Under the pieces are notes generated by a model that saw only the letters and a program-made list of their open reading frames with translations, made no database searches and was not told the origin of the DNA. From Candidatus Zymogenaceae bacterium (GTDB lineage Bacteria > Desulfobacterota > Zymogenia > Zymogenales > Zymogenaceae), in NCBI GenBank assembly GCA_016931225.1, contig JAFGFE010000040.1, positions 67,149-131,148 of the forward strand: a stretch of 64,000 nt of DNA, written 5' to 3'. Numbering within the stretch: the first letter of the stretch is position 1; each line of letters opens with the position of its first letter. Of this stretch, positions 38,731 to 48,294 are shown piece by piece. A program made the position numbers and the translations under genes.

Positions 38731-39747
38731 TCAGATCTCATCCGGCAGGCGATCCAGGGGGGTGCGGGAGACGAAGGGGACGAATCCGAGAGAACGAGAG
38801 TAACGAATCGCCTCCCTTGCGTTTTCCGAGTCTACACAGTAATCCACGGTGAACACCGGGAGCCCCGCTTCCCGGTATATCGTGAGCACCCGGGCGATGT
38901 CCTCCCGGCACCACTCACACATACCCCGCTCGGTCTCGATGTCGCCGGAGCGCCTGCTCTCCCACTCCACATCGCCGTCGCCGGAATAGGAGAGGTCCTC
39001 AACGGCCACGGCGTCTATCACATCGAGATACTCATCGGCATTCACCACCAGGTACGGGGCGTTCTGGGGCACCACGAGAAAATCCGGGTTTTTTCCCCTT
39101 GCGTACGCCCGGATCTCCCCGATGAAGCGCACCATCTCTTCCGCGGTGTTCAATCGCAAGTCTTCCGCGCGGCCCGCCACCAACTCATTGTCGTAGGCCT
39201 CCACCCAGTCCAGGTATATGCCGTCGAATCCGAGCTCAATGATCCGATCCAGGACGCTTCCGGCGCCGTATATCACAATTTCCTTCCACCGAAAATCCCA
39301 GTACGCCACCGGGTAGTTGCCGGCCCAGCCGTCCGGGTCCCGGCCCACCATGAAATCCGGCGTGCCGCCTCGAAAAAAGGTGGGGGGAGTCCAGTCGTCG
39401 GCGAAGTAGCTTCGCCACTCCTCCGCCTGACCGATATCCACATACGCCAGCACCACACTGCGATATCCGGGGAGGGATGCGAGGGTCGATTTGAGACGAT
39501 CTACCATCCCCCGGGCGTCGAAGCCCGCGTATTCATCCATGGTCGCCATCGGCTCCACCACCACCATGTCAAATCCGGCCGCCGCGAGACGCCCCAATCT
39601 TTCCGGATATTCGAGCCCCTGAAGCTGATAGCCCCAGCTCTTCACCTCATGAAGGGGTATGGGAGGCGTCTCCTGGGCGGGGGCGGGTCCGGCGCACACT
39701 GCACAGAGCAACCCACATACCATCACACTACGGGCGGCTTGTTTCAT
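38731..39747 (-). CDS. Endo-alpha-1,4-polygalactosaminidase-like glycoside hydrolase (TM1410/MJ1477, GH114-like)
   Basis: Signal peptide; WGYQLQ; AYVDIGQAEEWRSY; GFDGIYLDWVEAY; VPQNA; VFTVDY. Confidence 0.85.
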   Translation of the reverse strand: MKQAARSVMVCGLLCAVCAGPAPAQETPPIPLHEVKSWGYQLQGLEYPERLGRLAAAGFDMVVVEPMATMDEYAGFDARGMVDRLKSTLASLPGYRSVVLAYVDIGQAEEWRSYFADDWTPPTFFRGGTPDFMVGRDPDGWAGNYPVAYWDFRWKEIVIYGAGSVLDRIIELGFDGIYLDWVEAYDNELVAGRAEDLRLNTAEEMVRFIGEIRAYARGKNPDFLVVPQNAPYLVVNADEYLDVIDAVAVEDLSYSGDGDVEWESRRSGDIETERGMCEWCREDIARVLTIYREAGLPVFTVDYCVDSENAREAIRYSRSLGFVPFVSRTPLDRLPDEI

Positions 39748-39901
39748 TCCACACCTCCACGATTTTGGTGTACTCTTTCCATCCCGTCTTGACATCGGGC
39801 GTCTTCCTGTGTCATAACCGTATGTACACAGTATAGACCACTTCTTGGGCGATGAGGAACGGTTTTTTTCCAATCGTCAGCACACACATCGGGGGGATAT
39901 C

Positions 39902-41359
39902 ATGCCGGGGAAATTTCTTAGGACGCTTCTGGTGCTTGTAACCATCACTGCCGCATCGGCGCTCTCGCCGGCCGCCCGGGCCCTGGATCCGGATACCGTC
40001 ATGGCCCGGCACATCAGCGCCCTGGGGGGACGGGGCGTCGTCTGGTCCATCGACGACTTCACCATCACCCTGGAAGGAATATACATGGGATTCCCTGCGA
40101 CGATGACCATCCGGGGCATGTACCCGGACTGCTACGAGGAAGTGCTTACGACCGAGCATTTCGAGATCCGGGCGATACACACCACCGAGGGGACCCGGCT
40201 CGTCACCGCCGATGGACAGGTCATCGAACCGGAGGGTCTCGATCGGGAGGCGCTGGCGGCCCGGGCGGCCGTCTTCAACTACGCGTATATTCGGGACATG
40301 TCCATCCCGCTGCTCCCCGATTCACAGGACACCCCCACCGGCTTCACTATGGACACCGGGGCCAACTTCGGCACACATATCATATTCAATCCCGAGACGT
40401 ATCTCATCGACGGCTTTTCGCTCTGCACCGGCACGGAAAACCTGACTGTATTTTTTTCCGAATACGACACATTCGAAGGCGTGACGTTTCCCGGCGTCAT
40501 CGATGTTCGGGGCGATACGGAGATGACCCTTCGCACACGCTCGGTCCTCTTCAATTCGGGCCTCCAGCCCTCCGACTTCATCCTCCCGGCGGAATCCGCC
40601 CCGGCGCCGGCAACGACCGTCCGGATATCACTGAACGCAACCCGAAAGAGCCCGATCATACCGGTCAAGGCGGGTAACAAATCCTCCGATCTCCTGCTGG
40701 ATACAACCTGGGAGACCCTCCCGGTGATACCGAACATGGCTGGCCCTTCGGGAGATGTCTTCTCATACCGTCACGACGGCGAGACGGTCTTTCTTCGGGC
40801 GACACCGCCCGTCTCCCTGAAGCTGGGCGACCTCTCTTTCGACACTCCCCTTCTGACCACAGACGGCGCCTCCCCCCTCTTTGATGCGCTCCCCGACGGG
40901 GCCGACGGCGTCATCGGCGGGATGCTCCTCCTTTTGGGGCCTGTGATGATCGATCCCGGGAATAGTGAGGTGACGCTTTTTGATCGGGAATCGTTTTCGC
41001 CGCCGTCTTTCGGAAAGAAGACCCGGCTCACCGTTGAGGGGTCCACCCCCCTGGTGGCCGGAACGGCGGGGGGGGTGTACGGCTTCTGGATTATCGACAC
41101 CGGTTTCGACGGATTCGGCTACCTGGCGGATGCCGGCCCCGGCGAAGACCTTCCACAGCAGGAGGGCGACGTGTTCGTCGGTGATATCAACGTGGGTGGT
41201 GTGGTTCTTGAGGGTGTGACTCTTACAACCCGTGGATACGTCTCCCCCACCCTGCCGGACGTCCTGGGCGGACTTGGGGTGGAATTTCTCGAGTCTGTCC
41301 CTATCGTTTTGGATTATCGGGAGGGGGTAATCTATCTCATAACCGAGAGGAAAGACTGA
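39902..41359 (+). CDS. Secreted protein with a LolA-like N-terminus and two retropepsin-like domains
   Basis: Signal peptide; HISALGG; LLLDTT...DGVIG; IIDTG...GGLG..FL...VLDY. Confidence 0.65.
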   Translation: MPGKFLRTLLVLVTITAASALSPAARALDPDTVMARHISALGGRGVVWSIDDFTITLEGIYMGFPATMTIRGMYPDCYEEVLTTEHFEIRAIHTTEGTRLVTADGQVIEPEGLDREALAARAAVFNYAYIRDMSIPLLPDSQDTPTGFTMDTGANFGTHIIFNPETYLIDGFSLCTGTENLTVFFSEYDTFEGVTFPGVIDVRGDTEMTLRTRSVLFNSGLQPSDFILPAESAPAPATTVRISLNATRKSPIIPVKAGNKSSDLLLDTTWETLPVIPNMAGPSGDVFSYRHDGETVFLRATPPVSLKLGDLSFDTPLLTTDGASPLFDALPDGADGVIGGMLLLLGPVMIDPGNSEVTLFDRESFSPPSFGKKTRLTVEGSTPLVAGTAGGVYGFWIIDTGFDGFGYLADAGPGEDLPQQEGDVFVGDINVGGVVLEGVTLTTRGYVSPTLPDVLGGLGVEFLESVPIVLDYREGVIYLITERKD

Positions 41360-41408
41360 GTATCAACGCCGGGAGGGGTAAACGGAGCATATCGGCGATG
41401 TCGTGCCG

Positions 41409-41801
41409 TTATCCCGCGGCGAGGGAGACCGTCAAGCACATGAGGGCCAGGGTCGCCGCGACCGGTGTCATCACCCGCCTCTCCCACACGCTTTTCGACG
41501 CAAGATTTCCGATCGTACTCAATCCAAAAAGGACCGTCAGCGCCCAGACGACAACGCGAATCGCGTCCGGTCGATCAAAGATACTGACAACACCCGCCCT
41601 TTCAAGCACACATAACGCCCCCAGGGCGCATATCGCCGCCGACGCGAGGCTTGCAATGCGAAGACCTATGGGAAACCGCGTGTGCATGCCGCCCCAGGCG
41701 AGGCGTCCCAGGGGAACCCCACAGGCCAATACCGCCTGAAAGCAGGCCAGTCCAAGAAGCTCCACCGCGGCGATCCATGCGGCCGTCGATACCATATTCA
41801 T
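41409..41801 (-). CDS. Small membrane protein
   Basis: 4 TMs; LACGVPLGRLAWGG and NLASKS..ER pattern of a common hypothetical family. Confidence 0.7.
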   Translation of the reverse strand: MNMVSTAAWIAAVELLGLACFQAVLACGVPLGRLAWGGMHTRFPIGLRIASLASAAICALGALCVLERAGVVSIFDRPDAIRVVVWALTVLFGLSTIGNLASKSVWERRVMTPVAATLALMCLTVSLAAG

Positions 41802-41867
41802 CTATCCTCCCGGGCATCCAACCCCATGCCGACCGACACCGTCCGGTCACTCTCCCCTGACGCTGTT

Positions 41868-41909
41868 AAAAAATGAAAGGACGCCCCCCTCTGTGTGAAA
41901 GGGGCGTCC
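41868..41909 (-). terminator. Terminator of the TAXI gene
   Basis: ggacgcccc...ggggcgtcc hairpin plus A-rich tract. Confidence 0.65.
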
Positions 41910-41939
41910 GGTCCGTTTCGTTATGCCCTTCCCGTCCGC

Positions 41940-42887
41940 CTAAAAAAGGTCCCGAACCGCAGGATGCAGCGGAACGATGTATGTATCTGGGTCGTATGGC
42001 CCGATGGAGGCGTCGAGCCGCGGCATGTTCCCCCCGGATTCCGGAAATCCGGAGAGAAGGACCTCGGCCACCGTCCGGGCCGCCTCCTCGTCCAGGTCGC
42101 TTCGGGAGACGAGAAACTGGGGATATCCCGCGGTTATGAAATCCTCCCGCTGGTAGGGATACAACCCCTCGGCTACCGTCAGGGGAAACACCGTCATCCC
42201 CGACGCCTTTATCAGTTCCGTCTCCTCCCCGGTGATGGGAATCAGGTGATACACGTGCCCGGTCTTTCTGAGGATATCGTCGACCAAGGGATTCGGCACA
42301 GCCCCCAGGACCACCGCACCGTCGAGAGGCGTATTGATAAAATCGGCCATTACGTCGATGAGCTCCAGCATCGTCATGTCCGACATGAGGCGCTTGGTGC
42401 GTATGCCCGCACTTTCAAACAGAAGGTCCACCATTGTATGCTGCCAGCTCCCCTCGTCACCCTGAAAAATCCGCTTGCCTTTCACGTCCGAAATCGTGCC
42501 CGTCTTCTCCTTTTTTCTGGTGATTAGGATATGCACCGTGCCGGGCCACACCGGGGCCACGGCGACCACAGACGACGTATCCGTTTCGTTACCCGCCGCA
42601 ACATCCAGAACCGGCCCCGGCACCAGAGCCATATCAACGTCTCCCGCGAGCAGCATCGTCAGGCTCTGTGTATCGTCACCGGACGTGACGACATCCACCA
42701 TCACTCCGGCCTCCTCCCACAGCGGCTCGTACTGTTTCCCCGCCAGCCAGAAAAACGAACCCGCCTCCCCCACCGCCAGCCGAAGCGGGACATCTTCTCC
42801 GTCCTGGGCCGACGCAATCATACAGGAACATGCGAATATAACGATAAAAACGATACTAAAACGAACTCCCTTCATGGAAATGTTCAT
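41940..42887 (-). CDS. TAXI family TRAP transporter solute-binding protein
   Basis: Signal peptide; ISDVKGKRI..G..GS; GLYP; LVSRSDL; VPLHPA. Confidence 0.75.
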   Translation of the reverse strand: MNISMKGVRFSIVFIVIFACSCMIASAQDGEDVPLRLAVGEAGSFFWLAGKQYEPLWEEAGVMVDVVTSGDDTQSLTMLLAGDVDMALVPGPVLDVAAGNETDTSSVVAVAPVWPGTVHILITRKKEKTGTISDVKGKRIFQGDEGSWQHTMVDLLFESAGIRTKRLMSDMTMLELIDVMADFINTPLDGAVVLGAVPNPLVDDILRKTGHVYHLIPITGEETELIKASGMTVFPLTVAEGLYPYQREDFITAGYPQFLVSRSDLDEEAARTVAEVLLSGFPESGGNMPRLDASIGPYDPDTYIVPLHPAVRDLF

Positions 42888-43056
42888 TGTACGTCACTCC
42901 ATACTCTATTAATCCTTCGATAAGAACAATGTCTACATATCACCCGATTGAATACCTCACCCGGCGATCGGTCGCCAATCGCTCGTATGCCGTGTCGCCA
43001 CAAGGGCATATCGCCGATATAAATCCATCGGTTCGGTCGAATCGAATTCCGTTTTT

Positions 43057-43428
43057 TCAGGGCACCGGGTCGTGTCCACCCGGATTGAAGGGATTACACC
43101 TGAGAATACGCCACGCGCCCATTACTGACCCCTTGATCACGCCGTACTTTTCGATGGCTTCATACGTGTACTGGGAACAACTGGGATAAAAACGGCACAC
43201 ACCGCCGGGCAGAATCCGGGTCATCAGCGGGCTGTGGTCCGGTGAGATCGTATGCTGATAGATGCGTATCATCCCCATGGGGATGAGCCTGATATTATCG
43301 ACGACCCGAAGGACGAGGGGGCGTCCCTTCTTCACATCAATGAGATCGATCGGGCGAAGCGCCGCCTTCTCGCCGGGAGGGCCGCCCCCGTCGGGCACGG
43401 GCGTGTATCCGGAATCGGTTTTTTTCAA
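43057..43428 (-). CDS. yidD: Membrane protein insertion efficiency factor YidD
   Basis: [10 protein letters not shown]; [19 protein letters not shown]; [17 protein letters not shown]. Confidence 0.92.
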   Translation of the reverse strand: MKKTDSGYTPVPDGGGPPGEKAALRPIDLIDVKKGRPLVLRVVDNIRLIPMGMIRIYQHTISPDHSPLMTRILPGGVCRFYPSCSQYTYEAIEKYGVIKGSVMGAWRILRCNPFNPGGHDPVP

Positions 43429-43444
43429 AAAAAACCCCCTCCCC

Positions 43445-44587
43445 CTACCGTCTCAGGTAATGGCAGATGATCATCCGTTGGACCTCGGAAGTACCCGCGC
43501 CGATGGAAAACACCTTGGCGTCCCGCATCATCCGCTCCACCCGGAACTCTTTCGTGAATCCGTATCCCCCGTGGACGTGCACCGCGTCGGTGGTGATCCG
43601 CATGCACTCGTCGCACGCCATGAGTTTTGCATACGACGCCGCGAGCCGTGCGTTGCCCCCCTTGTCCAGAATCGACGCCGCGTTATAGATGAGCAGCCTC
43701 GACGCCTCCAGAGACGTGGCCATATCGGCGATGAGCTTCTGGACCATCTGGAAGTTGAAGATCGGGGATCCGAATTGGGAGCGCTCCTGGGAATACGCCA
43801 GGGCCTCGTCGAACGCCCCCTGGGCCAGCCCCAGGCTCAGGGCCGACCACGCCACCCGCTCCGTGTCGAGACCGCTCGTCATCTGTTTGGCCCCCAGCCC
43901 CTCGCTTCCCCCCACCAGGTTCTCTGCCGGAACCCGGCAGTCCTCCAGCACCAGCTCTCCTGTGGGGGAAGAGCGAAGGCCCATCTTGTCGAACTCCTTG
44001 CCGGTGGAAAAACCCTCGAAGTCCCGCTCGACGATGAAGGTGCATATCCCCTTGGGTCCCTGTGATTTGTCAACCGTGGCGTATACCAGCGCCACGTCTG
44101 CCACCGGTGCGTTGCTGATGAATGTCTTGGTTCCATTGAGGATATATTCATCCCCCTTTTTCTCCGCCCGGGTGGATACGCTCATGGCGTCAGACCCGGA
44201 CCCCGGCTCCGTCAGACCCATGCAGCCCATCCACTCCCCGCTTGCCACGAGGGGAAGGTATTTTTTCTTCTGCTCTTCGGTGCCGTTTCTCGCCAGGTTG
44301 TTGCCGAACAGGAGAGACGAAGCCCCCATGACTGTCCCCAGAGACGGTGAGTACTTGGCGATTTCCTCAGAGAGAATCGCCAAGGTAAAAAAGTCGCGAA
44401 ACGTTCCACCGTATTCCTCGGGAATGGCCGATCCCATCAATCCCAGCTTCGCCATCTCACCGACCAGATCCGTTGGATATCGGCCCGCCTTGTCGTTCTC
44501 CTCCTCTACTGGCTTGATGCGCTCCTCGCCGAAGCTCCTGACGGTATCGAGCATGATACGCTGCTCTTCAGATATTTCGTACAGCAC
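43445..44587 (-). CDS. Acyl-CoA dehydrogenase (isovaleryl/butyryl-CoA-like)
   Basis: LTEPGSGSD; NGTKTFISN; KMGLRSSPT; R.QFG.PI; VHGGYG; [10 protein letters not shown]. Confidence 0.95.
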   Translation of the reverse strand: MLYEISEEQRIMLDTVRSFGEERIKPVEEENDKAGRYPTDLVGEMAKLGLMGSAIPEEYGGTFRDFFTLAILSEEIAKYSPSLGTVMGASSLLFGNNLARNGTEEQKKKYLPLVASGEWMGCMGLTEPGSGSDAMSVSTRAEKKGDEYILNGTKTFISNAPVADVALVYATVDKSQGPKGICTFIVERDFEGFSTGKEFDKMGLRSSPTGELVLEDCRVPAENLVGGSEGLGAKQMTSGLDTERVAWSALSLGLAQGAFDEALAYSQERSQFGSPIFNFQMVQKLIADMATSLEASRLLIYNAASILDKGGNARLAASYAKLMACDECMRITTDAVHVHGGYGFTKEFRVERMMRDAKVFSIGAGTSEVQRMIICHYLRR

Positions 44588-44677
44588 CGGTTCCTCCAGA
44601 AAATGATTTTTGGTTGTATATGGGATTATACGTTGTTTACAGCGTCTTTCGCGACAGCCAAATCCATGGGTCCGTTT

Positions 44678-44968
44678 TCAGCGGCGATCAATCGAATCGT
44701 ATGGACAATGGTGTGTGCCGACCAGATCGTCTATCTCCCGCTCCTTGAGAGGGCATCCCTCCGGCAGGACGATCCGCACACCCTCCCAGACGATACCGAG
44801 GGCCAGCATCCCCAGCTCGGTGACCCCCCCTACGATGACGCCGCCGGGAGACACCCGATCTTCGGTGTTCGGGGCGACATCATCCGTCCCGCCCATCGCT
44901 CCGTGCGCTCCTATCACTAATAGCAGGCACAGCATCACCGTTACACTATATGCATACATTCTCATCAC
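44678..44968 (-). CDS. Small hypothetical protein with a signal-peptide-like N-terminus
   Basis: Hydrophobic N-terminus after a GGGGAGG RBS; start uncertain. Confidence 0.4.
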   Translation of the reverse strand: MMRMYAYSVTVMLCLLLVIGAHGAMGGTDDVAPNTEDRVSPGGVIVGGVTELGMLALGIVWEGVRIVLPEGCPLKEREIDDLVGTHHCPYDSIDRR

Positions 44969-45126
44969 CATCCTCCCCCATCGTGCATAACAAGCGCCAT
45001 TATAACAAAATATCGTCGCCTGGCAAACCAAAACCGCCCGGAGAATAAGCGATGCACATTCCCCCCTCTTGATTTTACCGTCGATCATCACTATAATCTG
45101 ACAACCGATCACCACAACCGGGAGGA

Positions 45127-45780
45127 GTGCGTATGTACCGGGCAGTGGCCCTCGACGTCTGCGGCGTCCTCACCACCCACAAGAGCGTCTGGCAGTTCAT
45201 CCACGAAGAGCTGGGTCTCTGGACGAATAACGCAGAATACTTCCAGGACGATTTTCTGGCCGGTCGCATCTCCTACCGGGAATTCTGCGATCGGGACGCC
45301 CGCCTGTGGGCGGGGATCGACACAGGCGAGATGGAACGCATCATCGATCGCCTCCCCCTTAGAAAAGATATCGATGAGCTCTTTTCGTTCCTCACGGACC
45401 ATTCACTCCGGGTCGGTCTCATCTCCACCGGGCTGACACTGCTGACCGATCGGTTTTCCCGACGATATCCCGTCGACTTCTCTATCGCCAACCACCTGTT
45501 ATGGGAAAACGGCCGTCTGACGGGAGACGTGGAAATACGGGTGGAACACGACGGGAAGGGAGCGGCCCTGGGACGGTTCGCCCGGTCCGTGGGGATACGT
45601 CTTTCGGAAATTATCGCCGTGGGCGACGGCGAATCGGACATCCCGATGTTCAGGGCCGCCGGCATGGGAGTTGGATTCGCATCGGGGGGGAGTGTATCTG
45701 AAAAAATGAAACGGGCCGCCGACGTCCTCGTTACTGCGGACGTGGCGGCCCTGACGGCTGCATTGAATAATCTGCTGTAG
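45127..45780 (+). CDS. HAD-IB hydrolase, phosphoserine-phosphatase-like (atypical motif I)
   Basis: LDVCGVLT, ISTG, K and VGDGESD motifs. Confidence 0.82.
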   Translation: MRMYRAVALDVCGVLTTHKSVWQFIHEELGLWTNNAEYFQDDFLAGRISYREFCDRDARLWAGIDTGEMERIIDRLPLRKDIDELFSFLTDHSLRVGLISTGLTLLTDRFSRRYPVDFSIANHLLWENGRLTGDVEIRVEHDGKGAALGRFARSVGIRLSEIIAVGDGESDIPMFRAAGMGVGFASGGSVSEKMKRAADVLVTADVAALTAALNNLL

Positions 45781-45807
45781 ATACGGATACGATCGATTAA
45801 TTCGGTA

Positions 45808-46182
45808 TCAATCCTCCGTCTCCGGTTTCACGTAGTTTGGATCGGGCTCCAGATTGAAGCTGAAATTGAAAGTGTTCCCATATCCAAACTGGGATCCCCG
45901 GACGAAATTACCGCTCCAGTACATATCATTCAATTCTTTATGCAAAATGGTCCGCTCAAAGGGAATATAGCCGTCATTTGTCAGCTTCACGGCGGTGGCG
46001 TCCCCACCAAACGAATCCCATTTCTGCGGAACGCTTCTGGGCGTCTGTCCGACATATTCACCATTCACATACAATTTTGAGCCGGTCGGCTCTGAAATAA
46101 TCGTGATAGTATTAATTCCCCAGCAACCGAGGATGGAAACAGAAAACATTACCAGAATGACGGCAACAAGAAACCTTTTCAT
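45808..46182 (-). CDS. PEGA-domain lipoprotein
   Basis: Lipobox ILGC; SEPTGSKLYVNGEYVGQTP. Confidence 0.8.
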   Translation of the reverse strand: MKRFLVAVILVMFSVSILGCWGINTITIISEPTGSKLYVNGEYVGQTPRSVPQKWDSFGGDATAVKLTNDGYIPFERTILHKELNDMYWSGNFVRGSQFGYGNTFNFSFNLEPDPNYVKPETED

Positions 46183-46322
46183 AAATCATACCCTCCTCTA
46201 AAGGTGACAATGGAGTTTTCGGTGATTATACATTGTTCATTCATAAAGTCAATAATAATGAGCATCTCAATTAATTAAATGTATAACTCTCGGGACATAT
46301 GCCCAGATATAAAAAAGGGTTA

Positions 46323-47654
46323 TCACCCCCCTCGAATCTCCAGGATTTCATCGATACGATCACAGGCTTCGGGGATGCCTAGGTTACAGGCCTTTTCCAG
46401 GTCCTCCAGAGCCTTGTTGTATAACTCCAGCATAAAGTATGCCTCGCCCCTGCCGTATATTGCCCCTGTATGGACCGGATCGCTGCCAAGGACCGTCTCG
46501 AATTCGGCGATCGCGTTATCGTATTGCCCCAGGCCCAGTCTCGCCATACCCCGGTTGTAATACGCCTCGTTTAAAGTGGGATCCAACCTCAGGGCTTCAT
46601 TCGCGTCCAGCAGTGCTTCATTGTACTCCTCCATCTCGTTGAGGATCGCCGCTCGGGCGGAGTAGTACTCGGCATTTCTGCCGTCTATGTCGATCGCCTC
46701 TGTGACGGCGACCAGCCCCATGATGTCGTTGCCCACACCGGTGTATTCAAGATACCGCTCCCAGGAATTTCTGGCCTTGCCGTTCTTCACGAGTGAATGA
46801 ATCATGTATCCGGGAAGCAGGATCAGCGCTACGATAATCATCGACGCAATAAAGACCCGCATGTTGTTGCTCTTCACTTCAGTCGCAGTCACGGGCATGG
46901 AAATCGACCTGGCGGGGATGTTCCCCTGGGCGGCTGGGGGTGTGGGACGTGCGGGAGACGATCGGGCTCCGGACGATCGTGCCGGTGTCGGTGTGGGGCG
47001 GGCGGCGGGTGCGGAAGACGTCGCCGGAGTCTTTTCCGGCACAGGTTTCGACTGCGGGGGAGAAGATGCCGCCGGAGTCTTTCCCGGGGGCGCCTGCGGT
47101 CGTTCCGATGCCTGTGGTTCGGGACGGGTGCGATTTGGTGATCCGGATGATGTGCTCTTCGCCGCCGCCGGCGGCGATTGAGGCGGAATTGAAGGCTGTT
47201 TTGGTGTCGCCTCTGAGGGTTGTTTCGGCGTCGTTTCAGAAGGTTGTTTTGACGGTGGGCTTGAAGGCTGTTTCGGCGTCGGCCCTACAGGTTGTTTCGG
47301 CGGTGGACCGGCGGCTTTTTTCATTTCAGGGGGTTTCGGCGGTACAGCGGACTCTTTCGGTGCGGGTGTGGGTTCTTGCTCCTTCGGCTCCGCATTGGGT
47401 TCAGTCCGCACTGCCGGTTGCTCTCCGGCCTGCGGTTCCTCCACCGCTTCTACCACCTCCTCGATTTCCTCGATATCTTCTATAGGCTCGTCTTGAATCC
47501 GCTCTTCGGGGATCTCCGTGACTCCATGGTCGCGACTGACCAGAAAGATATGACCGCACTGCGGGCAGGAAACATTCCTGGCCTTTCCCTTTTCCGGAAG
47601 CAGGTCGTCACTGATCTCTGCGGAAAACCTGCATTTGGAACAGGATATGAACAT
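46323..47654 (-). CDS. Zinc-ribbon / Pro-rich linker / TM / TPR protein
   Basis: CSKC...CPQCGHIF; proline-rich repeats; one TM; TPRs (AYYNRG, AIYGRG). Confidence 0.85.
   Translation of the reverse strand: MFISCSKCRFSAEISDDLLPEKGKARNVSCPQCGHIFLVSRDHGVTEIPEERIQDEPIEDIEEIEEVVEAVEEPQAGEQPAVRTEPNAEPKEQEPTPAPKESAVPPKPPEMKKAAGPPPKQPVGPTPKQPSSPPSKQPSETTPKQPSEATPKQPSIPPQSPPAAAKSTSSGSPNRTRPEPQASERPQAPPGKTPAASSPPQSKPVPEKTPATSSAPAARPTPTPARSSGARSSPARPTPPAAQGNIPARSISMPVTATEVKSNNMRVFIASMIIVALILLPGYMIHSLVKNGKARNSWERYLEYTGVGNDIMGLVAVTEAIDIDGRNAEYYSARAAILNEMEEYNEALLDANEALRLDPTLNEAYYNRGMARLGLGQYDNAIAEFETVLGSDPVHTGAIYGRGEAYFMLELYNKALEDLEKACNLGIPEACDRIDEILEIRGG
47190..47310 (-). repeat. Intragenic 24-bp repeat x5 (PKQPS-type)
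   Basis: PPKQPVGP/TPKQPSSP/PSKQPSET/TPKQPSEA/TPKQPSIP. Confidence 0.85.
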
Positions 47655-47819
47655 CCTTCCCTCCCGGGTGTAAAAAACGCTGTATAACTACATGCGGAAA
47701 CGGGACACGTCCGCCCGCGTATATTGTGTTAGTATATCAAATTACTCATACGTTTCAAACACCGTTCCTCTCACAATTCTATTTTCTCACGAGTACATCC
47801 ACACACACCCCTCCCCCCA

Positions 47820-48281
47820 TTACTCCATCAAGCGCACCGTATCCCCCACGTCAACACCGTTCTCCGCAAACCATCCCTGGTTCATTTCCAGGGCCCAAAC
47901 AACCGGTTTCGGCGATCGGTGGATGGTGGTGTCATCCAGGGGCTGCATATCCTGGATAGAAACGATCGTTCCCGATGCGTCGATAAACGCAATGGAGAGG
48001 GGAATATAGGTGTTTTTCATCCAGAAGCCGAGCTGCCGGGGGAGATCGTAGACAAAGAGCATGCCGTGATCGTCGGCCATTTCCTTTCGAAACATCAGAC
48101 CCACCGAGCGCTCGGAGGAATTGTCCGCCACCTCGGCGGTGATTTCCACATCCCCCACCCGAAGCCGCACCGTCTCGAGGCCGAAGCACGACGAGGGAAA
48201 AGAGGCGACAATACCCAGAAGGACGACGGCGATGATTGTTCTGTTGATTATATAAAACATACGACTGGTCATGATACCCAT
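47820..48281 (-). CDS. DUF192 family protein
   Basis: AEVAD...GLMFR...GMLFVY...FWMKNTYIPLSIAFID...ALEMNQG. Confidence 0.92.
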   Translation of the reverse strand: MGIMTSRMFYIINRTIIAVVLLGIVASFPSSCFGLETVRLRVGDVEITAEVADNSSERSVGLMFRKEMADDHGMLFVYDLPRQLGFWMKNTYIPLSIAFIDASGTIVSIQDMQPLDDTTIHRSPKPVVWALEMNQGWFAENGVDVGDTVRLME

Positions 48282-48294
48282 CTTGGGATTTGTG

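Noticed and set aside
38526-40674. Diversity-generating retroelement TR/VR pair
   Set aside because: No reverse transcriptase; the three mismatches are not confined to adenines of one copy; the target is mid-gene.
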